IMG/VR virus record: IMGVR_UViG_3300035145_001531
Direction: 5' to 3' (one strand)
DNA from: an uncultured virus (IMG/VR IMGVR_UViG_3300035145_001531)
Lineage: Duplodnaviria > Heunggongvirae > Uroviricota > Caudoviricetes
Length of the DNA stretch: 20,000 nucleotides
Made by a program: the position numbers and the translations under genes. Every line of letters starts with the position of its first letter. Position 1 is the first letter of the stretch. The notes below the pieces were generated by a model. It was not told the origin of the DNA. It did not search any database and was given only the letters and a program-made list of their open reading frames with translations. Shown in pieces: positions 1-8,081 of the stretch.

Positions 1-889
1 TGACACGGTCATGAATAAGTTTAAAGACGGACTAGTACAGAATATGCTATTTGCTGGCTCACCAGGAACAGGTAAGACCTCTACTGCTAAAGCCGTAGTA
101 AATCAGTTTGGATTACCTTATCTGTACATCAACGCGTCCACAGATACCTCAGTCGAGGTGATTAGAACTAGAATTATAGACTTTTGTTCAACAGTCTCTA
201 TTATGGATAAACCAGGCACATTTAAAGTGGTAATTCTTGATGAGGTTGATGGAGTATCAGACCAATTCTTCAAGGCTTTGCGTGCTACAATGGAACAATT
301 TGCATCTAATTCTAGATTCATTGCCACATGTAATTATATCAATAAACTACCAGACCCAATCCTAAGTCGATTCGAAGTTATTAACTTTGACTTTGATAAA
401 GAAGAAGAGTCTGAATTGACTAAGAAATATATTCGCAGAGTTTATGAGATCTGTAAACAAGAGGGAATGTCAATTGAGAAAGATGCTCTTGTAGAATTTG
501 TTAGACGTAACTTCCCAGATCTAAGATCTACTTTAAATAAGTTACAAGGATTTAAGACTCAGGGCACTACAAATATTACAGTGGGCGATGTGAAGAAGTT
601 TAACTCTGTCTATAAAGATGTATTTGAGTTAATCTTTAATGAGACTGATCCTGCTAAGAATTATCAGCTATTAGTAAGTAATTACTCTAATCGTGTTGAT
701 GATATTTTACAAACGCTAGGTGAAGAGTTTATCGAATATATAAACCAAGAACAATTGCAAAGTGTGAAGCATATCCCACAGATCATTATTTCTGTAGCTA
801 AACACCAATCGCAAAGAGTTCATGTGATAGATCCCGTAATTACAATGTTGAGTTGCGTGTACGAAATACAAGGCATAATTAGAGGCTAA
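1..889 (+). CDS. gp44: Sliding-clamp loader ATPase subunit (T4 gp44 / RFC-like AAA+), 5'-truncated by the window
   Basis: Walker A GSPGTGKTS, Walker B VILDEVD, LSRF arginine-finger motif, FPDLR sensor-2 region. The frame is open upstream of the ATG at 11 and the usual N-terminal EKYRP motif is missing, so the real start lies before base 1. Confidence 0.93.
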   Translation, partial: DTVMNKFKDGLVQNMLFAGSPGTGKTSTAKAVVNQFGLPYLYINASTDTSVEVIRTRIIDFCSTVSIMDKPGTFKVVILDEVDGVSDQFFKALRATMEQFASNSRFIATCNYINKLPDPILSRFEVINFDFDKEEESELTKKYIRRVYEICKQEGMSIEKDALVEFVRRNFPDLRSTLNKLQGFKTQGTTNITVGDVKKFNSVYKDVFELIFNETDPAKNYQLLVSNYSNRVDDILQTLGEEFIEYINQEQLQSVKHIPQIIISVAKHQSQRVHVIDPVITMLSCVYEIQGIIRG

Positions 890-904
890 AAATGTGTTAA
901 ATAA

Positions 905-940
905 TTTTTCTATGTCAGATATTTTTATTATATTTGTATA
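905..940 (+). promoter_or_regulatory. Bacteroidota sigmaA-type promoter candidate (-7 element TAnnTTTG)
   Basis: Intergenic TATATTTG at 929-936 preceded by a T-rich spacer, 30 nt before the ATG at 967. The -33 position has TTTTTC rather than canonical TTTG. Confidence 0.5.
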
Positions 941-966
941 GGAAGCATAAGAAATATAAGAAAGAT

Positions 967-2238
967 ATGAAAGTGGGAAAACATACATTACTAATCGACG
1001 GCAATTACTTTGTCTTCAGTAGATTATTTGTCTTACCTAAACCTAAAAGAGGCAAGCTATTAGAAGACGATAAACAAAGAGCGCAGTTTATGCGTAAGTT
1101 GGCCATTGACTTTGCATCAGAGATGCGTAAGTTAAAAATGTTTGTAGACGACGTGGTCTTGGCCGTAGATTCCAAGTCATGGCGTAAAGACCTATTTCCA
1201 GCATCAGACTATAAAGGTACTAGAAAACAAAACAATAACGTAGACTGGCCATCAGTCTATGCTGTTTATGAAGAGTTCCAAAAAGTTGTTGCTGCGAAAG
1301 GTGTTACTGTACACCAAATCCAGGGTGCAGAAGCAGATGATGTAATTTTTGGTTGGTCCACAATGCTTAACGCTCGTGGTAAATCATGCATTGTTTGGTC
1401 AGGCGATAGAGACTTAATTCAATTAGTTAATTACTCAGAGACTAATGATGCGCATACAGTTTGGTACTACAATACTAAAAAGACGCTTTATGCGTATAAT
1501 GGATTTGTTGCGGATATGGAAAGATCAGCAACTGAAGATATGTCACAAGATGACTTAATGTTTAATATGGGCGGCCAGTCTATGTTACGCGATAACTACC
1601 AAAGAGACATCATGGAATGGGTTGCTGCTAATAAAATTAGTGTAACCGAAGTTGATTGTGATGAATTTATCTTTAAAAAGATTCTAGTAGGTGATAAGTC
1701 TGATAACATACCGTCAGTAGTAACTTGGCAAAAAGAAATGAAAGGCGGTAAGTTACGTAATTATTCAATTACTGATAAGACAGCAGAAACCATTTGGAAT
1801 CAGTATATTAAAGAATACAATGGATTTACTATCGACTTCTTATTCTCTTCAGAAGCTAAAGATATTTTATCAGATATTATTTACAGAGTAGTCGGTCAAA
1901 CTTCAACAACACTGATTAAGACTAATCTAACTAGTAATATTGCCCTTATGTTGTTACATAATAAAACAATTCCAGATCCAATTCAAAAGGCTATTTATGA
2001 AGCTATTGAAAGAGATTGGGAGGGTGCAATTGAGTCTAAAGAATCTATCATGGAAATGGATAGAATTTTAGAGGGTACTGACTGGTTAGACGGTGCTAAG
2101 AAGGCCAATTTTGCACCGGATCCATTTGCAGGTATGGATATTCCAGAAGAGAAGGAGGCAGCTCCTAAAATGAAGTTAGTTGGAAAGAAAACTCAAACTA
2201 AGACGGAAACTAAAGATAAAACTAAGAAATTGTTTTAA
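967..2238 (+). CDS. rnh: T4 RNase H-like 5'-3' exonuclease / flap endonuclease (FEN/PIN fold)
   Basis: Motifs LLIDGN, YKGTRK, EADDVI, SGDRDL, GDKSDNIP. Start moved from TTG 934 to ATG 967 (A-rich leader; gives MKVGKHTLLIDG). Confidence 0.88.
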   Translation: MKVGKHTLLIDGNYFVFSRLFVLPKPKRGKLLEDDKQRAQFMRKLAIDFASEMRKLKMFVDDVVLAVDSKSWRKDLFPASDYKGTRKQNNNVDWPSVYAVYEEFQKVVAAKGVTVHQIQGAEADDVIFGWSTMLNARGKSCIVWSGDRDLIQLVNYSETNDAHTVWYYNTKKTLYAYNGFVADMERSATEDMSQDDLMFNMGGQSMLRDNYQRDIMEWVAANKISVTEVDCDEFIFKKILVGDKSDNIPSVVTWQKEMKGGKLRNYSITDKTAETIWNQYIKEYNGFTIDFLFSSEAKDILSDIIYRVVGQTSTTLIKTNLTSNIALMLLHNKTIPDPIQKAIYEAIERDWEGAIESKESIMEMDRILEGTDWLDGAKKANFAPDPFAGMDIPEEKEAAPKMKLVGKKTQTKTETKDKTKKLF

Positions 2239-2243
2239 CAGAT

Positions 2244-2402
2244 ATGACCCTAGAAGAACACTTATACGTTGAAGAAGTATTAACAGAGGCCAACGCGTAC
2301 GGACTAAAGTCGGAAGTTCAAGAAAGTGCAAACAAATTCTTGAAAGAGGGTTATGGCTACCAGGACGCTTATGCTCTAGCTTTCGCTGAGTGGGTTAAGT
2401 AA
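2244..2402 (+). CDS. Small hypothetical protein (52 aa), not in the ORF track
   Basis: Hand translation: MTLEEHLYVEEVLTEANAYGLKSEVQESANKFLKEGYGYQDAYALAFAEWVK*. Fills the gap 5 nt after the rnh stop, with the same AGATATG start context as rnh. Confidence 0.8.
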   Translation: MTLEEHLYVEEVLTEANAYGLKSEVQESANKFLKEGYGYQDAYALAFAEWVK

Positions 2403-2427
2403 ACTTTCCACGTTATTAACATATAAT
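2401..2427 (+). promoter_or_regulatory. Bipartite promoter-like motif AAAC-N6-CG-N9-TATAAT (copy 1)
   Basis: AAAC 2401-2404, CG 2411-2412, TATAAT 2422-2427. Same spacing as the copies at 16729 and 19541. Confidence 0.65.
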
Positions 2428-2431
2428 AAAC

Positions 2432-2860
2432 ATGCTAGACGAAACGAAGTTATTTGACTTTGTGAAAATTATGTTCACAAAGCGAGACCAATACAGTAAA
2501 CTAAAAAATCACACAAAGAAGAGGCATCATTTTATGATTAACCGTTTCTTTGCTATTAAATATCCATCAAATGCACAGCTATTTAATATTAATGGTATTA
2601 ATGGCGGTAATGTAGTAGAATGTTGGGCTACTGTTGCATCTAGGTTTAAATCTGTTCCGGGCTGGTTTTATACTAAAACTAAAAAGGCCGCTAAAAATGT
2701 GGCCGATAAATATACTCCAAGCGAACAGGCTTTGCAGATCTATATGGATCGAAACGAAATTGGCCATCGAGAAATTGAAGAGCTAAAGCAATTTGCAAAA
2801 GACGCGCTGTTTGCTGATTTACAAAAAATAGAGCAACAGATAGACGTCTATGCAAAATAA
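2432..2860 (+). CDS. Probable clamp-loader small subunit (T4 gp62-like)
   Basis: 142 aa. LFDFV...FMINRFF...W pattern resembles gp62 homologues, and it lies close to gp44. Resemblance judged by eye only. Confidence 0.5.
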   Translation: MLDETKLFDFVKIMFTKRDQYSKLKNHTKKRHHFMINRFFAIKYPSNAQLFNINGINGGNVVECWATVASRFKSVPGWFYTKTKKAAKNVADKYTPSEQALQIYMDRNEIGHREIEELKQFAKDALFADLQKIEQQIDVYAK

Positions 2861-3497
2861 GGGAGATACATTTACTGAGATTATAGACATTACGCTCTAT
2901 AAGTATAACTCTATTGATTTAAAGATCTGGGGCATTATTAATCGTGACTCTAAGACTAGAAAAACCGGAGACAGTAGTATGCTGGTTTCAAAAGATCGAT
3001 TACTAGAATATCTAAAGGTAGCGTTTGGTTCAGATATTAATAGATTTAATGCAGTTTCGGATGTAAATATTCATAAAGAAGCGACTTCAATTTACTTTAT
3101 CTGGCAGATCTTTAAAAGCATGCCAAATTTAAGGTATGTTAGAGTAAATTTAAATACAAACTCTAGCTATAATAGAATTGTTAGCGTCGATCAGGTAAAG
3201 ACCATTAAATATGATATTAAAATCATAAGAGGCTCTGTTAGAATGTTTGACATATTCAATGAACATGAGTTAAGACTTGCTAATAACGTTCTATTAAAGG
3301 CGGGTTTAATTAAGCATGGTGAGAAATTTAAATCATTTAAACTTATGGACTTTTTAAGTGCCCTAGACCTTTATCAGGCTGAAAATAATACAGTTGAGGT
3401 ATTAGGAGTTACTAATGCATTTATCCATGAATTAGAGCAACACGAGCAGGATAATCCAGAAATGCTCTTAATCACCGACTGGGAGTCAGATATATAA
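2850..3497 (+). CDS. Hypothetical protein (215 aa)
   Basis: Long ORF on the coding strand overlapping the upstream gene by 11 nt. No recognised motif. Confidence 0.75.
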   Translation: MQNKGDTFTEIIDITLYKYNSIDLKIWGIINRDSKTRKTGDSSMLVSKDRLLEYLKVAFGSDINRFNAVSDVNIHKEATSIYFIWQIFKSMPNLRYVRVNLNTNSSYNRIVSVDQVKTIKYDIKIIRGSVRMFDIFNEHELRLANNVLLKAGLIKHGEKFKSFKLMDFLSALDLYQAENNTVEVLGVTNAFIHELEQHEQDNPEMLLITDWESDI

Positions 3498-3499
3498 TA
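3489..3499 (+). promoter_or_regulatory. Late-type promoter motif GATATATAATA
   Basis: One of five GATATATA copies, each directly upstream of a morphogenesis gene. Related to the T4 late promoter TATAAATA. Confidence 0.7.
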
Positions 3500-3528
3500 A
3501 AAAATAGAGGCATTGACCCCTTCAATTA

Positions 3529-5481
3529 ATGGCGGTAACAAACTTTACAGCAAATCAAATCGGAGACTATTTCTTCGCTAAACTACAAGAGCCTTTCTCT
3601 GGTGTAACAAGAGTAACAGGTTGGAATATTTTAGTAGGAGTTAACTCTCCAAATAGCGTAGGTACTTTACAGTTAACCTCGGGTTCCAATGTTATCTATG
3701 GCACTAATGTAAACTGGAATTTAGCGCCGGGCAATAACTTTATCGTAGGTTCTCAAGTTTTCACTGTTGCTGGTATTGACGCATATAGTATTACTACAAC
3801 AGAACCTGCTAACTTTTCTGCAGCTGCGGCAAAATGGTACGAATACCCAGATCAAGATAATTATTTTACCTATGACTTTAGATGGTCCCAAGAAAGTATT
3901 TCTTCAGACGGCGGCCAGATGTCTGAGTTAAGACCTTTAAATAATCAGATTGGGCCTAGAGACTTAATGGGCATGCAATTTGACGCGGATAAACCGCTCT
4001 GGATTGACGTAAAGGCAGAGGTTTATAGATTATCAAGTTTACATAGCTTAAGCCTTTTATCAGTAACTTTTGAACTGGAAACGGCAGAAGGTACAATTCA
4101 ATCATGTCCTAATATTTGTGGCGAATGTGACGACCCGTATGTTGCTGGATGCACTAATATTGTAATCGACTGTACTGACCCAATCTACAACCCATATAAT
4201 TTAAATAAACCGACAGCAATTTATGAAGAGATTAGTGAACTTGCTGCTAATATGTGGGGACATCCAGTACAGTATTTTAGAGTAGAACCTGATCAAAGAT
4301 CTAGAGATGTTATCTTAATGGAGTACTCTCTATATAATGTAAAAGAGCAAGGCGACTTAAAGGTTATCGTTCCAGATAATGCAATGCCAACTAGAGAATT
4401 TACATACGATATTTTTGGTATGGGCTTTGAGGATTTCGAGATCCATATTACAAAAGGCCAAATGGAACAGGCATTCGGTGAAGGTATACTCCCAAGGCCT
4501 AGAGATTATATGTACATTCCAGTTATGAATAGAATGTATGAGGTGAGCTCAGTATCTTTAGCAGATGAGTTTAACCAAACCATGACGTACTGGAGAGTAA
4601 TGCTACAAAAATACGAAGAGCGTAGCTCTAGTATTGTTGAGGATGGAAGTGCAATAGAGCAACAGTTAGATGAACTTTATACTGGCGTTGAAGAAGTATT
4701 CGGAGAAGAAATTCAAGATGAATATGTACAATCTACTAAGCCAGAACAATACCAGACTGTTTTCTCAGAAGTTAGTGATGGTGTTAGAGAGAGAATCCAT
4801 AACGGACTAATTATCTCAGATAAAGAGATTAGAAATAAGTGGACTATTATCGGAAAGAACTCTTATGATTTAGAATCAGTTAAAGATTTAGGTATTGAAT
4901 GTCTGGTCTATGGTAAATATTCTCAATTACAGACATCAGATAATATTGCATTCTCTGCTTGGTTTAAACCTAATTTTACGTCGGCCACTGCAGAACAAAC
5001 AATTATCGATGGATCGAAAGATAATAAGGGTTTAAAACTAACAGTTAATAAAACTCATGTCAAGGCATATATTAATGACTTAGTACTAGAATACCCATTT
5101 GCAACTCAACCCGAAAACGATAACTGGTATGGTTTAGTATTTAATTTAAATAATACACATCTAAATACACATGTATCTGTGTATAAATTAAATCCAGTTA
5201 GTAATGCTATAACTTCTATGGCAGTTTCAGATACTTTAATTGAAGTGCTTGATAATAATTTTGAAATTACAAGTAAACTAGGTTGGGTTACCACTAAAAA
5301 ATGGTCTTTAATGCCTGGTAAAATGGCATTAACCAATATCAGATTATTTACTAAAGTGATCGGTAAAGATCAACATACTAATATTCTACAACAATATATC
5401 GTTAGAGATAACCGACTGGCTCATATTATCGATAACGCTGTTCCGTCTATTCAGTTAAGAAGGTATAACCAAAACAGGTAA
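3529..5481 (+). CDS. Neck / head-completion protein (T4 gp14-like core) with N-terminal extension and probable C-terminal LamG/concanavalin-like domain
   Basis: Central FGMGFEDFEIHITK...PRPRDYMYIPVMNRMYEVSSV segment resembles gp14. C-terminal FSAWFKP...TIID...WYGLVF pattern is LamG-like. It sits just before the terminase genes, as in T4. Confidence 0.65.
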   Translation: MAVTNFTANQIGDYFFAKLQEPFSGVTRVTGWNILVGVNSPNSVGTLQLTSGSNVIYGTNVNWNLAPGNNFIVGSQVFTVAGIDAYSITTTEPANFSAAAAKWYEYPDQDNYFTYDFRWSQESISSDGGQMSELRPLNNQIGPRDLMGMQFDADKPLWIDVKAEVYRLSSLHSLSLLSVTFELETAEGTIQSCPNICGECDDPYVAGCTNIVIDCTDPIYNPYNLNKPTAIYEEISELAANMWGHPVQYFRVEPDQRSRDVILMEYSLYNVKEQGDLKVIVPDNAMPTREFTYDIFGMGFEDFEIHITKGQMEQAFGEGILPRPRDYMYIPVMNRMYEVSSVSLADEFNQTMTYWRVMLQKYEERSSSIVEDGSAIEQQLDELYTGVEEVFGEEIQDEYVQSTKPEQYQTVFSEVSDGVRERIHNGLIISDKEIRNKWTIIGKNSYDLESVKDLGIECLVYGKYSQLQTSDNIAFSAWFKPNFTSATAEQTIIDGSKDNKGLKLTVNKTHVKAYINDLVLEYPFATQPENDNWYGLVFNLNNTHLNTHVSVYKLNPVSNAITSMAVSDTLIEVLDNNFEITSKLGWVTTKKWSLMPGKMALTNIRLFTKVIGKDQHTNILQQYIVRDNRLAHIIDNAVPSIQLRRYNQNR

Positions 5482-5514
5482 TTATTCCAAATTCTAATCT
5501 AGGATAATTTTCTA

Positions 5515-5522
5515 GATATATA
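5515..5522 (+). promoter_or_regulatory. Late-type promoter motif GATATATA
   Basis: Intergenic, 17 nt before the terS start. Confidence 0.65.
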
Positions 5523-5539
5523 GAATATAATATCATATT

Positions 5540-6193
5540 ATGAGTGAGAAGAAAAAGACAATAGCTGAGCAGGCAGATGATATTAGGAAAGAGTTAGACG
5601 ATTTAATCGGAGATAGTCCGCTAAACGTAGAGAACGATCCTAAAGATTTACCTATTCAGTCAAAACCAACGGCATTAGCTCCGATGGTTAACTATACAGA
5701 ATTAAAAGCAGGTGCAACTAAAAAGGCACAAAAAACCATTACTTCTCTGATGAAATTTTATCTGGATGCAGATATTATTGAGAAGGATGAGTATATTAAA
5801 GCTAAGAAGCAAATGGATGAGATGACAATGTCTTCTCTAATTTATCAATTGCAAGCAGGTGAAAGAGCCCTAACTACTCTATTAGAAACTATCGACTCAG
5901 GTGAATTAGCACCTAGAATGTTTGAAGTACTAGCAACTTTACAGAAGTCAATGTTAGATATTATCAAATCTCAGACCATGTATCTGATGGCTGCAGAAGA
6001 AGGTACTAAAAGAATTGCTAGAGATATAGAGATCTATCAACAGAGACAGAATCAAACTGAGATTGAAGGAGCAGGTGGAGATACTAGTAATAAAAATATC
6101 CAAAGAGGTACAAAAGACTTAATGGCCGCTATCCGCGCAGGTATCGATGGTGCAAACGCGGACATTGAAGATGTTGAACCAACAGAAGAATAA
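5540..6193 (+). CDS. terS: Terminase small subunit (T4 gp16-like)
   Basis: Directly upstream of terL with TAATG stop/start overlap. PRMFEVLATLQKSMLD and NIQRGTKDLM resemble the gp16-family PRxYEV and GSTxEL motifs; predicted helical. Confidence 0.72.
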   Translation: MSEKKKTIAEQADDIRKELDDLIGDSPLNVENDPKDLPIQSKPTALAPMVNYTELKAGATKKAQKTITSLMKFYLDADIIEKDEYIKAKKQMDEMTMSSLIYQLQAGERALTTLLETIDSGELAPRMFEVLATLQKSMLDIIKSQTMYLMAAEEGTKRIARDIEIYQQRQNQTEIEGAGGDTSNKNIQRGTKDLMAAIRAGIDGANADIEDVEPTEE

Positions 6194-8025
6194 TGTCAGA
6201 CTACGTAGGAGATAATAAATGGATTCCGAAAGAGGAAGGGCCACAAGCCGCCTCGGAAAGAATTGTTTGGTCCACCAAGCAAATCAATGACTTATTGGTT
6301 GCTATGGACCAGGGTTATCGTCCTAAGATTAAGTTACCATTCTATGAGGGTAGACAATTTCTAAAGAAAGGTAATATTGTATTTGAATATACTGACGAGG
6401 AAATTCAAGAGTTGGCTAGATGCGCCGCTGATATTGTGTACTTTGCAGAGAAGTACGCTGTGGTAATGACGGATAATGGTATTCAAAAGGTAAAACTAAG
6501 AGATTACCAAATCGAGATGTTGAGGAATTTCCAAAATGAAAGATTTAATATCGTATTGGCATCTCGCCAGATGGGTAAAACCGTAACGGCATCTATCTTT
6601 AATGCTTGGTATCTGACATTTAATATGGACAAGAACACTCTATTACTTGCCAACAAATCTGACTCAACAAAAGAAATTATTGATAAAGCCAAGACCGTAA
6701 TTGAGAACTTACCGTTCTACATGAAGCCTGGTATTATTAAATATGACGTGATGAATGTTCGTTGTGATAATGGTTGTCGTCTAATGGGACAGTCAACCAC
6801 AGCAAAATCCGGTATTGGTTTTACAATTCACAACCTGTACTTGGACGAGTTTGCACACATTCACCCGTCGATCGCAGACTCTTTCTATGAGAACGTATAT
6901 CCTACGTTGTCCTCGTCGAAAGTCTCAAGAATTACAATTACATCTACACCAAATGGATTTAACAAATTCTACCAAATATACGCAGCAGCAGATCGCGGCG
7001 ATAATGAATATCATGCTATGCGTATCGACTGGTGGCAACATCCAGACCGAGACGAAGAATGGTATGAAAGAGAGTTAAAGAACTTAGGCTCAATTGAGGC
7101 ATTCAATAAACAGTACGGTAATGAGTTCGTTAGTTCGTCTAACCTACTACTCGATCCGGTGGATATGAAGAAGATGCGAAAGAGAATGAGGCCTTATGTT
7201 TATCATGACTTCGATGAATTTGACTATATCTCAATTGATACAAAAGGATTCCTAGAGTGGGATCCAGAATTTGATATTGATACATGTAAAGATCAAGAGA
7301 ATTTCTGGCTATTCTCGGTAGATATTGCTGAGGGAAATGGTGGTGATTCTTCTGTGATTAATATATTTCAGGTCAATCCTATGAATTCCGATGAGATTAA
7401 GAATGTTGTTAATCCAGGTGCAATGTATGACTTCTTTAAATTTAGCCAAGTCGCTAGGTTTAAATCAAACGAACATGTAATCGAGGATTTTGCAAAGGTA
7501 CTATATACATTGGCGGTTGACATCTTTTACTCTGAGAACGTAAAGATGATTATCGAGTACAACACATACGGTACGGTCTTGTTTAATTATCTAAGACAGA
7601 TCTTCCCTCAAAGAAATGATTTTGATGATGAAATGATCGTTAAATTTAAGCACAGACACGATGGCAGGTCACTAAAACCGGGTATTAAACTAAAATCTGA
7701 TAACAAGGCAATCTTTTGTCAAAATTTTGCAAAGTTATATAAGATAAATAGATTAGATTTAACAGACGAAGTTACAGTGACAGAGGCATCATTATTTGGT
7801 ACACTACCCAACGGTAGTTATGGAGCTCAAATGGGCAACGACGATGTGATTATGACTTGCATTACTGCGACTGAGTTTTTTAACACTACTGACTATGCAG
7901 ATTTTGTAGAAGAGATATTAGATTTCGTAGACCCAGAACTCCATGATGAGATGGAAGCTATACTTTTTAGAGATAGTGACCAACAAGGAGATTTGCAGTA
8001 TGATATTTATGACCTGTTGAAATAA
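6193..8025 (+). CDS. terL: Terminase large subunit (T4 gp17-like)
   Basis: LRDYQ adenine-binding motif, Walker A SRQMGKT, Walker B LYLDEFAH, coupling motif TSTPNG, nuclease motifs VDIAEG and DDVIM. No intein or intron evident. Confidence 0.96.
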   Translation: MSDYVGDNKWIPKEEGPQAASERIVWSTKQINDLLVAMDQGYRPKIKLPFYEGRQFLKKGNIVFEYTDEEIQELARCAADIVYFAEKYAVVMTDNGIQKVKLRDYQIEMLRNFQNERFNIVLASRQMGKTVTASIFNAWYLTFNMDKNTLLLANKSDSTKEIIDKAKTVIENLPFYMKPGIIKYDVMNVRCDNGCRLMGQSTTAKSGIGFTIHNLYLDEFAHIHPSIADSFYENVYPTLSSSKVSRITITSTPNGFNKFYQIYAAADRGDNEYHAMRIDWWQHPDRDEEWYERELKNLGSIEAFNKQYGNEFVSSSNLLLDPVDMKKMRKRMRPYVYHDFDEFDYISIDTKGFLEWDPEFDIDTCKDQENFWLFSVDIAEGNGGDSSVINIFQVNPMNSDEIKNVVNPGAMYDFFKFSQVARFKSNEHVIEDFAKVLYTLAVDIFYSENVKMIIEYNTYGTVLFNYLRQIFPQRNDFDDEMIVKFKHRHDGRSLKPGIKLKSDNKAIFCQNFAKLYKINRLDLTDEVTVTEASLFGTLPNGSYGAQMGNDDVIMTCITATEFFNTTDYADFVEEILDFVDPELHDEMEAILFRDSDQQGDLQYDIYDLLK

Positions 8026-8042
8026 ATTTGCAGAAAGACACG

Positions 8043-8053
8043 GATATATAATA
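8043..8053 (+). promoter_or_regulatory. Late-type promoter motif GATATATAATA
   Basis: Intergenic, upstream of the sheath gene, followed by an A-rich leader. Confidence 0.72.
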
Positions 8054-8081
8054 AAAGAATAAAAAATAATAACGAACAATT

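Noticed and set aside
6193..8025. Intein, intron or homing endonuclease in terL
   Set aside because: 610 aa is normal gp17 length and all motifs are contiguous.
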